Below are positions 24,666 through 38,479 of a DNA stretch of 64,000 nt, piece by piece. Both the position numbers and the translations under genes were made by a program. The notes beneath the pieces are model-generated. The model ran no database searches, was not told where the DNA came from, and was given only the letters and a program-made list of their open reading frames with translations. Within the stretch, counting starts at the first letter, position 1. Each line of letters starts with the position of its first letter. The stretch lies in contig NC_045697.1 in assembly GCF_009834535.1 (NCBI RefSeq), positions 94,862,001 to 94,926,000 of the forward strand. The letters are read 5' to 3'. This stretch comes from Camelus ferus. Its lineage: Eukaryota.

Positions 24666-27600
24666 AATGGGCTATAGCCTATTTTACAGATAAAAAATTA
24701 AGTGAACATTGATTTCTTGATACCTTGGGAAGAACTGCCGCTAGAAAATTCAAATGGACAATTAACCAGTGAATATGGACAATTGGCTGTTCTATATAGA
24801 ATGCAACAATTCTACAAATTTCTATTCTTGGAATTAATTAATATAGATGCATTTTACTTTTACCTATAAAAGTAAAAACAGATCTATGCAATAAAAAACA
24901 CACTGAGAACTTAAAGAAGAATTTATGTAAGAGAGAAGATATAAAATTTTCAGAACAGATTTTAGGCTTTTCTTAGCTTTTAGAAACCTCCAAATCCCCT
25001 TCTAGCACGCAGAAAGTGCTCCTTGAGCAATTTCAACTTCTCAAATGCTTTCATCCAAGAAAAGTTTGTGGAGATTTTTGCCTGCAGGCATGAAAAGCAC
25101 TAAATCCTGTAGTACAAAATACCACTTAGGCTTCTGAGTTTTTCACCACTGTATTCAGGGAACTCTCATCGAGCAGCATTCTAAAATAACTTTGGGCAGG
25201 ATGAGATAGTATTTAAATACACATAGAAATTGCCATTTTGAAAAGCTTTCAAAAGCAACTAACTCTAATTACTAACACCAATAACGTAAGCACTACCTAT
25301 AATCATGGAGGTGATCTGTAAAAGGAAATAGATCCTAAGAAAAATACTGCAATAACACCAAGGGGAAGCAGACTAAAGGGCAAAGGAAGATATGGTTTAG
25401 TCTGACATCCTCACATGTAGATGATTATCATCATCATCAGGATTGGTACTGATATTACAGATCAGCTTCTGGAATGATAATTACCAACAATCATGTGCTA
25501 GAACCTGAGAGCGTGGAAGCTGTCTGTAGGCAGGTGTAGTGAACTGTGGAGAGAGGGTATTAGCAAACGACTGCATTGTTAGGGCAACACTGCAGCATTC
25601 TGTATATCATAAGCTGAAGGTGGTTATCAGTAGAGACTGGAGTGCAGGTGCTGGAGGAAAAATAAAATTAAAAGAATGCACTCTGATCAAATAGTGTATC
25701 TTCTTTATGGGCAAAACTGAGAAGGCAGAAGATCTGAAAATAGCAGTAAATGTGTACATGTAGATTTTTCTTTACATATGGGGAAAGGAATCTTATATTT
25801 TTTATTTTGTGTAGAACACATGGGGGAAAAAAGCACAAGGGCAGGCAGAATAAATGAGAAAAATGAGACGACAGAAAGAATAAAGTCTCAAGTGGCTTGG
25901 CTAAGCAAATTTAAAATAACACTGGCTGTGTTCTTTAAAAAGTATATAGGTTTGTTCTGTTTGCTTCCTTTCCTTTGGATTTTGGTCAGCACTTATTATT
26001 CATTTTCTGCTATTAAGCACAGTTTTTGTTTGTTCATTTTTATTTTTATTTAAGTGAATGAATCCTTTTAGGGTCAGTCTTCAGACGTTTACATTCACAT
26101 GTCCAGTGAGGCACAGATGATTTTTTCCTAAAGTAAACTGGCAGAGGTGATGAACATTTGCTTTTTCTTTAGGTCATTTAGTAGCTAGCTACCTTGTAGA
26201 ATTAGATAGTTCTTAACACGTTGTTTGACTCTAACAATGTAATATAGTTACACGTGACATGATTTGGGATCACTCACTAAGAAAAGTGACTGTCAAATTA
26301 CATTCTTCTAAGACGCCCCTTATTCATTTTACAATTTTTGTGCTGAAATTTTTAGCACAACCTTTTCTAGTACTGGTAAGCTTGGACATGAGAAAAATCT
26401 GACTTCCACCTTGTATGCACATCATCCTGACACCCGATTTCCTAAGGGGATTCAAGATTGCACAAAGCTGCCATGTTATTACAGTCCTTCATGAAACATC
26501 GCCTGAAGTGATGTCACAATATCAGACATTCAGCTCTAGTTGACACTGAAACATCACTTACAGAAAACAGTTGCTTTGGGCATATTTTTATTTGAGCTGT
26601 GACAACTCCATCTAATCACCTAAATGACATTACCTGTGGAAATAACATTAATCAAAATCTTATTCTATTTCTCTTGCTATTTATTTAATTATTCATTACC
26701 TATCCAGTTTCCTACTTTATTTTTCAGATTTCTACTTTTAGTATTTATATTGAAAATTCATACAGAATGATTTCATTCCTTATCTTCAATAGCAGAGTGA
26801 CAAAGAATCTTCATTCTCAAAATCAACACAACGACCATATGAGAGAATTTTGAAAGCTTCCTTTAACAACTATAGTTTAAGTCAACTTATGTAACAAAAG
26901 AAACTAGCATACATTTCAATGATCTAAAATAAATGTTTGCAAGAGCAACACAGAGGATTAAAGAGGAAATGTAGAGGAGACAAATCAAGACATACATGAA
27001 GAGAAGTAAATTTTTAAATGTAGAATATTTCCTTGTGTACTAAGGTAACTGCATTTAGTTCTTCTTATTACTGTAAGATACAAGGAAGGTTGACACAATA
27101 CTCTTGAAATATTGGCCTCCCAAACCATTTCTTACCTCATCTGGCTTTGTTTCCTTCAAAAAGTTATTTTTTTCCAACAACTCTGAAGTGTACTGCTGTG
27201 CCAATTCTTATTAAGCAAATTTTGAGAATAGTCCACGCAGTGTTGCTCTTTATGGTTGTTTATATATCTTCTAGGTGAAAAGCCTTCTACTACATTATTC
27301 TAAGGAAGAGAAAAAGTTTCTGACATCCCCATCACATTTCTCTTACTGACAGTCCCAATAGGGCCTCACACTGCTGCCTGATTTTCTCTCCTGACAGCAA
27401 GCCAAGCCAGCCACCAATTCAAATGACAGAGAGGGTGGTGAAATGGGGGAGGGGGAAAGGGGTGAGAGGTAGATTTAAATAATAGCTTGAAAATATTTCC
27501 CATAGCACAAAATATAATATGCCATAGATTAAAAGTGTATTTGAAATGTTTTGGCTAAAATGTCTAATTCTAGTCTAATTCTAATTACTATTATGACAAA

Positions 27601-27716
27601 TCACCTCAGATTATCTCTTCTTCCACTGCCCTATATAATTCTACCTATTATTATTTGATATTACAGGTATTATCAATTCATTTCAGGAAAAATGAACGGC
27701 AGAATGTCCCAAAATT

Positions 27717-28287
27717 TGTACCCAGGGGATTTTAATTTATGGAGGGACTGAGTGATGACATGAGAGATCAATGCCATTGAAGGAAGATTTTTATTTATTG
27801 CTTGGGTTTCCTAAGAAATGGGGCCTGCTAGACTGCGGAGGGCACAATAGGGATTCACTCAGTTTAGTTAGGAGGCAGAAGCGGGAGCAAGGGGGAACTC
27901 AAAATCAAAACTTTTAGTATTGGGGTTTCTGTGGAAATGCAAGGCAGGGCTGGATATACAGTTTGGCACTGGTTAGTTTGAATACTTCCTTCGGCCTTTG
28001 GCCTATAGGAGTGGTCTCTAGTTATCTGGTACCTGGCCCTCGGATGATTTCGGGCTGGGTATAGTATGTTGATTTGGTGTGTGAAAGAACAAAGAACGAT
28101 GAGGAGATGTTTGGGGCTATAGACTCAGGACTGACTGGTTTGTAGACGGAAGGCTTGCTCAGAGGCAAGCTGTTATTATCTTTAGGACTCAGCTAGCCAT
28201 AGGAGTGGCAGTCTCTTCTTGGGTCTGTTAAGGTCCCAAATGCCACAGCATTAAGAACACGGAAAATGAAAAATTGTGTTAATATAA
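27717..28287 (-). mobile_element. MER74-like ERVL solo LTR
   Basis: The reverse complement starts 'tatattaacacaatttttcattttccgtgttcttaatgctgtggcatttgggacc' and contains 'gggccaggtaccagataactagagacc' and 'ttcaaactaaccagt', as in the recalled MER74 consensus. Confidence 0.7.
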
Positions 28288-28929
28288 CTGGCCCTGTGAT
28301 GAATGAATGCCAAATGGAGAAATATTGAATCTAAGAAATCACAGAAGACAGGACAGTCAGTAAAAATTCAGACATTGAAAAGAGCACTAGGAAAGGCAGC
28401 TTTTGGGTTGGTTTTTAAAGCCAGATTTGGTGGTTCCTACAGTGATCAAACCATCAGTGTAATATCAGGAAAAATAAGGATTTTGTTTTTCTTTTTCATA
28501 TTTAAAGGAGGCACAACTAAAATAAGAAAGTACGTGGCCTAAAAATATTTCCCTATATTTAGTGGTTACAATTGAAAAACGTATGTATTTCACTACATAA
28601 TTATGTTGAATAGTCATGGATGCAGGAACACTGATTTCCTGGTCTTAAAAAAATAACAATACAAACAAAAACCTCTACACTAATCTCTGAAATTAGAACT
28701 GTAAATATACATTAGGGAAAACATTTCATTTGCTAATAATTTTATAATTATTTATAAAGTACTAATCCTGTCAGCTTTCTGTTTTCCTCCAGTGTCTTAT
28801 CTGCACATACCCATTGGTTCTTTCTCCCCAGAAACAGGCAGCCCTTCATTCCAAAGCAACCTCCACTATCTGTGCTCTAGCTCTCATCAAGATTTTCTCT
28901 CATGAGAATTTTTCCTCTATTCTGAGTTT

Positions 28930-29010
28930 CATGTATTATTCATATACTCAACAAATATTTATTGGGTTCTTACTCTGTTATTGGCTTTATCTAGGCTTTG
29001 GAGACATGGC
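28930..29010 (-). mobile_element. L2 3' end fragment
   Basis: 'ctcaacaaatatttattgggttcttactctgtt...ctaggctttggagaca'. Confidence 0.65.
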
Positions 29011-29330
29011 ATCTATAGTCATTTGAGTGGTAGCCCCCCAAAGATATGTCTACCAGGAACTTATAAACATGATCTTGGTTGGAAAAAGTGTATTTGCAGG
29101 TATAATTAAATTAAAGGTCTCAAGATGAGATTATGCCAGGTTACCAGGGTGCGTCCTAAATCCAGTAACAGTTGTCTTTATAAGAAGAGAAGACACAGAG
29201 GGAGGAAGAAGACCAAATGAAGAAGGAAACAGAGATTGGAGTTATATGGCTTTAAGCCAAAGAACACCTGGAGACACAAGAAGCTAGAAGAGGCAGAGGA
29301 TTCTCTCCAAAAGCCTTTGGAAAGCTGTGC
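29011..29330 (+). mobile_element. MLT1B/C-like MaLR LTR, 3' truncated
   Basis: 'ccccccaaagatatgtc...ggtctcaagatgagatta...cctaaatcca...gcagaggattctctcc'. Confidence 0.8.
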
Positions 29331-29331
29331 T

Positions 29332-29395
29332 TTAGATTGAACCATATGAAATTGCAGATTTTATCATTGTTGCCTATAGAAATGGTAATTTATTT
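29332..29395. mobile_element. MADE2-like mariner MITE
   Basis: 'ttagattgaaccatatgaaattgc' matches the MADE2 terminal inverted repeat; the second TIR is decayed ('ggtaatttta'). Confidence 0.6.
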
Positions 29396-30826
29396 TTTAT
29401 ATTTTTTTGCCTTATTTCCTTTATTTTTCTTTTTCTCACAGCATTACCCAATGCCACACTCTTTTTACAGAGAAATGGCAATTCCTTATTGCTTGAACAG
29501 AATATAAGCTTGCTCTAACTTTATATACTCTATAAATATTTATCAATACTCTGTAATTATATAAAATACTACATAAATAACTATATATAAATACTCTAAC
29601 TTTATTAGATTTGACTAGAGATATAATTTTTTGAATCAGAAGGCCATCTAAACGCTTTAAATACAAAGAGAAAATTCATAAGGCGAGAAGAGGTTTGGCA
29701 AACAGTTATTTAAGGTGCAAGCAGATGAAGAGATGGCACTATCTGGGGCACTGATAAGGAGCAGTCAACAGCAGGAGTCAAAACAGCAATATAACTGATG
29801 TGAACAGTCCCACAAATAGGTTACAATAACGTGGGTTTCAAATATATTCTAGCCATTAACAACTTATCTATATCATACAAGGAAGGCAGTTCAATTAACT
29901 TATATTACTATGAACCAAAGACAAATTGTGACAATAGAAATAAGACCATTTTGCCAGCTTACAAATGAAAAAAAAACTATGCAAAAACAATTTACATTAT
30001 ACAAAATTTAAAAATTTATTTTGGAAGATATTAGTTATTTTAGGCATTACATACATTAAGATATAGACCACCATATGTCCTGTAGTATGCTATCTCACAT
30101 GTGATTGTGCTATTTATACAGATCAATATAGATCTATACCAATATAGATGGTAGCTAGAAGCTATTCTTTTAGCAAGTCTGTTACTCATCCCTTTATTTT
30201 TTAAATCTCCTCTCCAATTCCCCCTCTCTATGATAAACTCACCTACTAAAGAATACAACTCACTTAGCTAAGTATCAGTATAAAATCATAATGTCATTAA
30301 GGGCTATTTTAACTTAAAAGAGTCTACAGTGTTTGTGGGAATACCTTCTTAAAGAAACCAGAAGTTTTTGAAGTAAAAATGATCAAGTAATTTTTACATA
30401 TTTTATTTAAAATATACTTACATTACTTATTTTATAGTTTAATGACTACATTTTAAAGATTTTACACTTTTTAAACAAAGAAAACAATTTTAAAATGTAT
30501 AGCTGTAAGAGCAGAAGTTAACATAATTCCAGCAAGGTTATTGTTAAACTTTTGCAGTGGGAGTTTGAAAGGCTGAAGGGTTAATAAGGAATGTTCAAAA
30601 AAAAGTTGTCAGAGATCATCTGAAAACAACTGGAGAAAAAAAATCCCAGAGACAGTCACAGTTTTATAGCAAGGGCTAATAAAACAAATAAAACAAGGAC
30701 AAAATTGTCCCTTACAGGTCAGATATCTACAGAGGAAATTAAGGTGAGAGGAAACCCTCCTTACCACCAAGAGGGAGCTATAAAATCACAGCTGATTAGA
30801 TTACAGTTTCAAGTTTTAAGCCACAG

Positions 30827-32049
30827 ACATTTTATCTCTACTCTGTGGATTTCTCTATTGTGGAATTTCAGATGAAATGAACTATATTATGTGGTCTTTG
30901 GTGGCTGGCTCCTTTCACTATGCATAGAGTTTTCAACGTTCATTATGTTGTAGCATGTATCAGTATCTCATTCCATTTTATGTCCAAATAAAACTCCATC
31001 AAAGGGACACAACACACTTGTGTATCCCTTCTTCTGTTGGTTCAGCACTTCAGTTGTCTTCACCCTTGCCTATCATGAATACTGTAACCATAAACATTCA
31101 CACACAAGTTTCTGGTTTAGAAATATGGTTTCATTTTTTCCTGGGCATATGACTAGCTGTAAAATTGTTGAGTCATATGAATATATCTAGGTCTGATAAT
31201 TTAAGAAACCGCAAGACTGTTTTCTAAAGCACTTGTACCACTTTACATTGCCAATAGCAGAACATGAGTGTTTTGATTCTTCCACATCTTTGCCAACATT
31301 GTTGTTATGTGACTTTTTTGACTCTAGCCATCTAGTGAGTATGAAGTGGTATTTCCCTGTGATTTTTATTTGTATTTTCTGATGAATAATGATAGTGAAT
31401 ATCCCTTCATCAGCACGTTGACTATTTGTATACCTTCCATGGAAAAATGGCTACTCAGATCCCCCTGCCCATTTTTAATTAGATTATTTATATTTTTATT
31501 ATTGTACTGCAAGAGTTCTTTATATCTTCTAGATACAAATCCCTTATCATACACACAGTTTACAACTATTCTTTCCTATTCTGGATTGTCTTTTCAATTT
31601 CTTGATGTTGTCCTTTGAAGAACAAAACTTAAATGTTTATGAAGTTTAATTTATCTATTTTTTCATATGTTGCTAATGTTTTTGGTGTCATATCTAGGAT
31701 ACTTTTGCCAAATTCAATGCTATAGATTTACCCCTATGTTTCCTTCTAAAAAGCTTACAGTTTTTATTACATTTCTGTATTAGATTCTTTTTGAGTTATT
31801 TTTTGTATGTGGTGTTAGGTAAAGGACCAATGCCATTCTTTTACATTCTATCCAGTGTCCTAGCACCATTTGTTGAAATGACTATATTTCTCCCATTGGG
31901 TGGTTTTGGTACTCTTGTCAAAAAATCAATTGAGCAGACACAAACTACTATATATAAAATAGATAAGTAACAAGGTCCTACTGTATAGCACAAGAAACTA
32001 TATTCAATATCCTGTAATAAACCAAAGTAGAAAAGAGTATGAAAAAGAA

Positions 32050-32081
<32 letters not shown>

Positions 32082-32635
32082 CACTGAATCACTGGTGTAC
32101 ACCAGAAACTAATACAACATTGCAAATCAACTATACTTCAATAAAATTTTTTAAAAAATCAATCAATCACAGATGTATGGGTTTATTTTTAGACTCCTAA
32201 TTCATTGATCTTTATCTCTATGCTTGTAACAATTACCCTGACTTGATTATCATTTCTTTGTAACCAATTTTGAAATGGGGATGTATGAATCTTCCTACTT
32301 TATTCTTTGTTTTCAAGATTGTTTTGGCTACTTGAGTCCCTTGCAATTCTTATGAATTTTAGAATCATCTTGTCAATTTCTACAAAAAAGTCAGTTGGGA
32401 TTCTGATAGAGATCACATTAAATTTGTAAATTAGTTTAGGGTATATTGCCATTTTAACAATATTAAGTCTTCCAATCAATAAACATAGGATAATTTCCCA
32501 TTTAGATATTTATTTTTTTAAAACAATAGTTTATAATTTACAGAGTATAAATTTTGTACTTTTGTTAATTTATTTCTAAGTATTTTACTTTTTGATGTAC
32601 TTGTGAATAAAACTGTTTATTAATTTTATTTGTGA
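30827..32635 (-). mobile_element. Old L1 (L1MB/L1MC-like) 3' portion with ORF2 C-terminal remnant
   Basis: ORF 31366..31554 (YDKGFVSRRYKELLQYNNK...) resembles L1 ORF2 'SDKGLISRIYKELLQ'; L1M 3'UTR motif 'gttcattatgttgtagcatgtatcagt'. Confidence 0.85.
31931..32152 (+). mobile_element. 5'-truncated cetartiodactyl-type L1 3' end nested in the old L1
   Basis: 'tagataagtaacaaggtcctactgtatagcacaagaaactatattcaatatc...aaatcaactatacttcaataaaa'; flanked by AAAAAATCAAT at 31920-31930 and 32153-32163. Confidence 0.85.
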
Positions 32636-35110
32636 AGTAATTAATCCAAGCCATATTTTTGTACAAAAGCCCAGAATTATTAACTATGCAATATATTATT
32701 TTAGTTATAGTTTTCAGTTACTTCTGAATAAAATCTTACATTTAAAAAAATTGTTAAGAAAATATTGAATTTTTTTAAATGACCATCTTTTTCTCTTTTG
32801 ATTCCATACTTATTTCCTGGAACATTAAATAAAATGTTAGAAAATAATTAACACATTATCTAAAGATAACTACAAACATTTTGGTGTATTGTCATTCAAT
32901 TCCTTGATATAGAGATAAAAGAAACATATGGATGTAATATATAAAAAAATACATGGATATAAATGTTAATGCACATAGATAAAACTTTGTATTCTGCATT
33001 TTGACTTATTTTAATATCAGAACATATTTTATTAATTAAAATTCTTGAAAAATGTCACTTTTGAAGAGAATATTCTATTCTACATGAATAGGTGGCATTT
33101 AGTCATTTACATACAGGACAAAGTTAAGTTGCTTTCAAATTTTACTATTATACTATTATTAGGATGAAAATCCTATTATTTCTGATAGTTTTGTGAAAAC
33201 TTCATTTTTCACCATGACACAGAAGTAAAATTATTGGGCCGAACATATAAAAATAATTTCTTCTAAAAATATAATTTTTCTGTATTTAATTGAAGTATGC
33301 ACTCCCCCAAATTTACCTTAACCTTAATTTAGTTCCCAGATTTTTTTCAGAATTTTCTACTTCCTATATCCAATAAAAATTAAGTATCTATTATTTTCTA
33401 TAGATTTATGACACTTTCTTGCTGATTATTACCCTTTCAGCATTGCCTTTCTCCCACATTATATCCTATTTCTTCGAAGTCTATTTCAAAATAAAAACAT
33501 CTCTGCTACAAAATTTTCCATAATTTTCTTTGCCCTAAATAACTTCTGTAATACTTTTGTCTCTCTTTATCCTGGCGTTGAGTTATCGGGGCCTCTTTCT
33601 TTTGTTCACTTCCAAACCATTATTTCCACAGTAGTTGTGTCACTATCAATGCATAATTTCTCTATGCATAAAAAAAATCTCAAGTACTTATTGAACAAAT
33701 AAATTAATTACATCTGTATGCTGCACAAAATTGCAAAGGGGCTTTGATCTTATAGTACATCCTACTTGTGATAATTCATTCCGCAGCAAGTAAACAACTT
33801 GTAAAAAGGGAAAACATGTAAATTGATTTTGTTAATGTGAACCATGTGAATCTTAGTACATGTTCATTGAATCGTTTGTTAGGATGTTCTCAAAATCAGG
33901 ACACTGTGAAATCAACTGTAGCAAGATGCTCAGTATTTAAATCTCACTAATGATAGAATTCAGTCTTGCGTTTATGATTTATTCATCTTTGAATAGTAAT
34001 TATATTTGGTAATAATATCTAAATATCTATATTGAAATAAGTATATACATAATTAATTGCCGGAGGAGGTTAGAAATCAATATTTATAAACTATGATATT
34101 CCCTGCTTCCTGTTGCAAATATCTGTAATAAATTTGTCAGAGGAAATCTATCTTGGACTCATGATTTGAGGGAGAAAAAACATCAAAACTTATTATTTCA
34201 CTTACAAGGGCAGGAAATTGTTTTATTTTCAAGAGAAGAATGAACTTTTTTAAAATATAAAGCTTTCATTTATATACAATTTTGTTTTGAGTTTCGCCAC
34301 ATCAGTCATTCCTCCCTAACTTCTATGTATGGAGTTTACTCTCTGGTGGAATGAAGTAATTAATTTGAAGAGGGAATACATGCAAAATCAGAATTTCATA
34401 AGATAAAAATCTCTTTACTTATCTGTAAAATTGCTCCCTTCATCAAAAAAGAGGAGGGATGCAAACAATCCAGGAGACAGCTCCATGAGGCGTGAAGATA
34501 TAAAGAATACATGTTTAAAAATAAACAAGGGGGAAAATGTTCCCTACCTGTAATATTACCATCCATATAGAAATATATTTGGACACTAAATGACACTAAG
34601 GAATGTAATATTCCTGATTCCAATTTTGTTTTTATTATTTAGTTTCTAACTTCTGACTCTCATTAATTAGTCTCTTCCTTTTACTCTATTTTATACTTCT
34701 AGGAAAAGAATTGTTATATGTAACAAAGTTTTTTATAAAGTGTTCTTGTGCTTGTTTTATAGGCACAACCCCACTTCCTTTCTGAGCGGACAAAAATCCA
34801 CAATAGTTTATTTGCTAAAAAGAAGAAATAATGAAGGTGATGAAGGAAAAGAAGACACATAAATATACAAAGAAAAAGCAGAATTGTATATATTATAAGC
34901 AAAGGATGTGCCATAAACATAGGTTTGATTTGTAAATGTCCTATGGCCAAAACCAGAGCACTTCTCTGTAAAATATACTATATACAAACCTTATCTCATG
35001 TTTTTCTTTAAATCTAAATTACATTGATTGATTGACAGGTGGATGGATTTTTGCTGATATTGTTTAGATTTATCTCTTAAAGCATAGTCAGGTCAATTGA
35101 TGTGAAACAT

Positions 35111-35205
35111 CTTTTCTTTTAATTGAAATATATTTGACACATCACATTGTGCAAATTAAGGTGTACAACATGTAATTAGATAGACTGATATACTGTAATA
35201 CGATT
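35111..35205 (-). mobile_element. Short L1 (L1MA-like) 3' terminus
   Basis: 'tttaattgaaatatatttgacacatcacattgtgcaaattaaggtgtacaacatg'. Confidence 0.6.
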
Positions 35206-36119
35206 CAAACTTCTAATAAGTAGTAATTCACTACAGTTTTCATAAAGATCTTCAAGATTTTTGTTGCTGTTGTTTTCTGTTAGCACATCACTATAAGAAC
35301 ACAGGCATTCATTTGACATATGCATTTAAAATGTCCATGCTTCAGATCCGTGAACTTAAGTTCCACTAAATCACTGCAGTTTACATTTTACAACATATTT
35401 TATATGAGAATAAAATCTTCCTAAAACCCTTTAATAAATATAACCTTTATTACACCATATTTTATATTGTTTTCTTTTCTGAGTTTTACACTAGAATATG
35501 AGATCCCTGGTGGAATGGATTATATGTTTTATCATGTTGAATTGTACGACATTGCCAATATTCAACTAATTTTTACCTACTAAAAATGACAATGCCATAT
35601 GATTTAATGTAATATACCCACCTCCTCAGTGGCTAGCTCATTTAAGGACATATAGGACATATAATTGCTAAATAAATGTTTGCTGGGTGAATGAAAAAAT
35701 GAATGGCAATTTATATTGTAAGAATTTTTGAAACTACCTAAGTATATGTTCTTACTCTTTTTTTGACAACTGAAGAAGAAAAACAAACAAACAAATAAAC
35801 CAGAACTCTTGCTTGCTTGCCAGGTAATATATGAAAGAAGTGATCATCCTTGCCCTGACACCACCACCACACACACCCCCACAAATCAGGAATTCTTGCA
35901 GACTCTTTGTGTAGATTATTTCCAGTATATGCTCCACTCCTGCATGCTCAGTCAGGAAGCTCACATCTTATCCAATTACACATACGAACAAAGGAGAATG
36001 GATGCAGATGCATCTGCACATAGTGTCTAGATCTTCTTCCTGGTTGTAGCTATCTGAATATGTGTGGTCCCTTCTGTCTTAACCTCCCACTATTCTCTGC
36101 CCTTTCTGAAATTCTGTTC

Positions 36120-38040
36120 CCACATCAGTAAACTGCATTAAATCCTCAGCTTCTTTCTGAGGACAACTTTTCTTCTGTCTGCTTCTTTGTCTTAACTGAA
36201 TTCAGCCCCTACTCTGAAGCCCTCTCTGGCTGGGGGCTCAGTCTTTCACGTATCTCTTCCATCAAGGGTTTCCTCCTAGTATGCCACTGCCACCTCAGCA
36301 CCACGTTTCAACCACTGTGTCTTCACCCTGTAGAACACCTCTTAATGCTTGGAACTTCAGGCCATCTGTTCATCACCATACTTAGCAAGCCTATGTCATA
36401 GATGAATGTAAATATCTGCTTTCTCCATGTCAGCACTCAGACAATGCTAGGGAAAAATACAGCATATTCAGGAAAATCAATGCTACACTTAGGTCATGGT
36501 TACTGATCTCAACTAGACACCTGCCACTGCCTAGCAAACTTCTTATGTTCAGGTTCTTCCACTTTCATAACAAATTTTCAGACAAGGGTCTTTCTCCTAC
36601 CACATTCTTTCTTAGCTTGATTCTTAGCTTAGTTCTGCCTTAACAAAACCAAACCTTTAAACATTCCAGCACGTTCCATCTTTCCTTGTTCTTTGTTTCT
36701 CTTATAAGTGCCATTTTCCTCTTCGTATCCAATGACCACATCCTCTATCTGAAACCCTCCTTAGCTAATCTGGTGTTATTTATCTGCACTCTATCTACAG
36801 CATCATTTCTATTCACCACTCCCTCTACTGTCTCACTCTGATGATCCTTTGACCACACCAGGTCCTCCAATACATTGATCCTATTAATGCTTTACTGTCT
36901 TTGAAGCCTTAATGTGCTCCCTTTCTTCCTTATCTAGCCTAAATTAATTGCCAATCATTAAAATCAACCGTCTTGCATATACATTGACTCCATACAGACT
37001 ATTTACTTGGTGAAACCACACGCCTGGTTAAATCCAACTCTAAGTTTGTTGTAAGGTTGCTCTCTGCAGCTGAGTAGCTGGATAAAATTGTAAAATCATA
37101 CAGACTGTGCTTACTTTAAATTTCTGGCATAAACTACAAATGAACCTTTAATGATGCATTTTAATCATACTAAATTTATTTAATCCAGTCACTCTCCCAT
37201 GCTTGATAATTATTTACTCCCAATAAGTATTTTGCCATTTTTCCCCCTTTCTCTAATCTCCTTTCTAAATTTATTCAGAATATAACTTCTCATCTCAACA
37301 TCTATCACTCTGGTCCAGATCATCATCATCTCTCATTTGGATACTGTTCTAACATCATGTCTCTTTCCAACTGCTATGGTCTGAATGTTTGTGTCTCCCA
37401 AAATTCATATGGTGAAGTTTAATGCCCATTGTGATAGTATTAGGAGGTGGCGTTGCGGCCTTTGGAAGGGAATTACATCAGCAGTGCCATTATAAAAGAT
37501 GCCCAAGAGAGTTATCTTGCCCTTTCTGGTATGTGAGGATACATTAAGTTGGAAGTCTACAACTCAGGAGAGGGCCCTTACCAGAATAAATCATGCTGGG
37601 GCCTGATCCTGGACTTCCAGCCTCCAGACTATTAGCAATATATTTCTGCTGTTTATAAGCTACCCAGTCTACAGCATTTTGTTATAGCAACACTAAGACA
37701 CCAACCTTTCTCACAAATATATATTCTCAACAAAGAATATATTAATATAAGACAAATGTAAATATAGATCACAAATATAAATTATATCATACCTATAAAA
37801 CCATTTAGTGATTTTCCACTAAATAGAGTAAAATCTAAAGTCTTTTAATGGCTTAAAAGGCTCCTCATAATTATGCCCATCTTTATTTTTCTGACCTCTC
37901 TCTACTCTAAATTTTGTTCTCTCTGATTGAGCCATGCAAGAGCCCCTCTATGGGCCTCTGCCATAGTCATTTTCTATGCCTGAGATATTATTCCCTCAGA
38001 TATTTGAATGGCTAAATCTCTCATCTTGTTGTCTTTTCAT
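36120..38040 (+). mobile_element. Long degraded L2, interrupted by MLT1A and continuing after the L1 at 43370-43600
   Basis: L2 motifs 'gcctggttaaatccaactct', 'cactctggtccagatcatcatcatctctcatttgga' and 'aaatagagtaaaatctaaagtc'. Confidence 0.65.
37372..37700 (+). mobile_element. MLT1A/MLT1A0 MaLR solo LTR with 5-bp TSD
   Basis: TG...CA termini ('tgctatggtctgaatgtttgtgtc'...'ctaagaca'); CCAAC duplicated at 37367-37371 and 37701-37705. Confidence 0.9.
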
Positions 38041-38479
38041 TAAAGGCTATACAATAACATAAATTTTTAAATGGGAATAGACTTAACAATATTATCTTAC
38101 TTTCAAGTGTACTGCAAAGTGATTCAATATTTTTATACACTAGGAACCAAACAAAATTAATAATATTAATGACTATATTCCCTGTGTTATACATTACATC
38201 CCTGTGACATTTTATAACTGGTAGTTTACCTCTTAATATCCTTCACCTATTTTATCCATCCCCCCAACTACCTTCCCACTGGCAACCACAAATTTGTTTG
38301 CCATACTTGTGAATCTGTTTCAGCTTTCTATATTTGTTTATTTCTTTTGGTTTTTCAGATTCCCACATATAAGTAAAAACACAATCTTTGAATTATTTGA
38401 CTTAACATAATACCTTCCAGGTTTATCCAAGTTCTTGCAAATGGCAAGACTTCATTCTTTTTTATGACTGCACAATATT

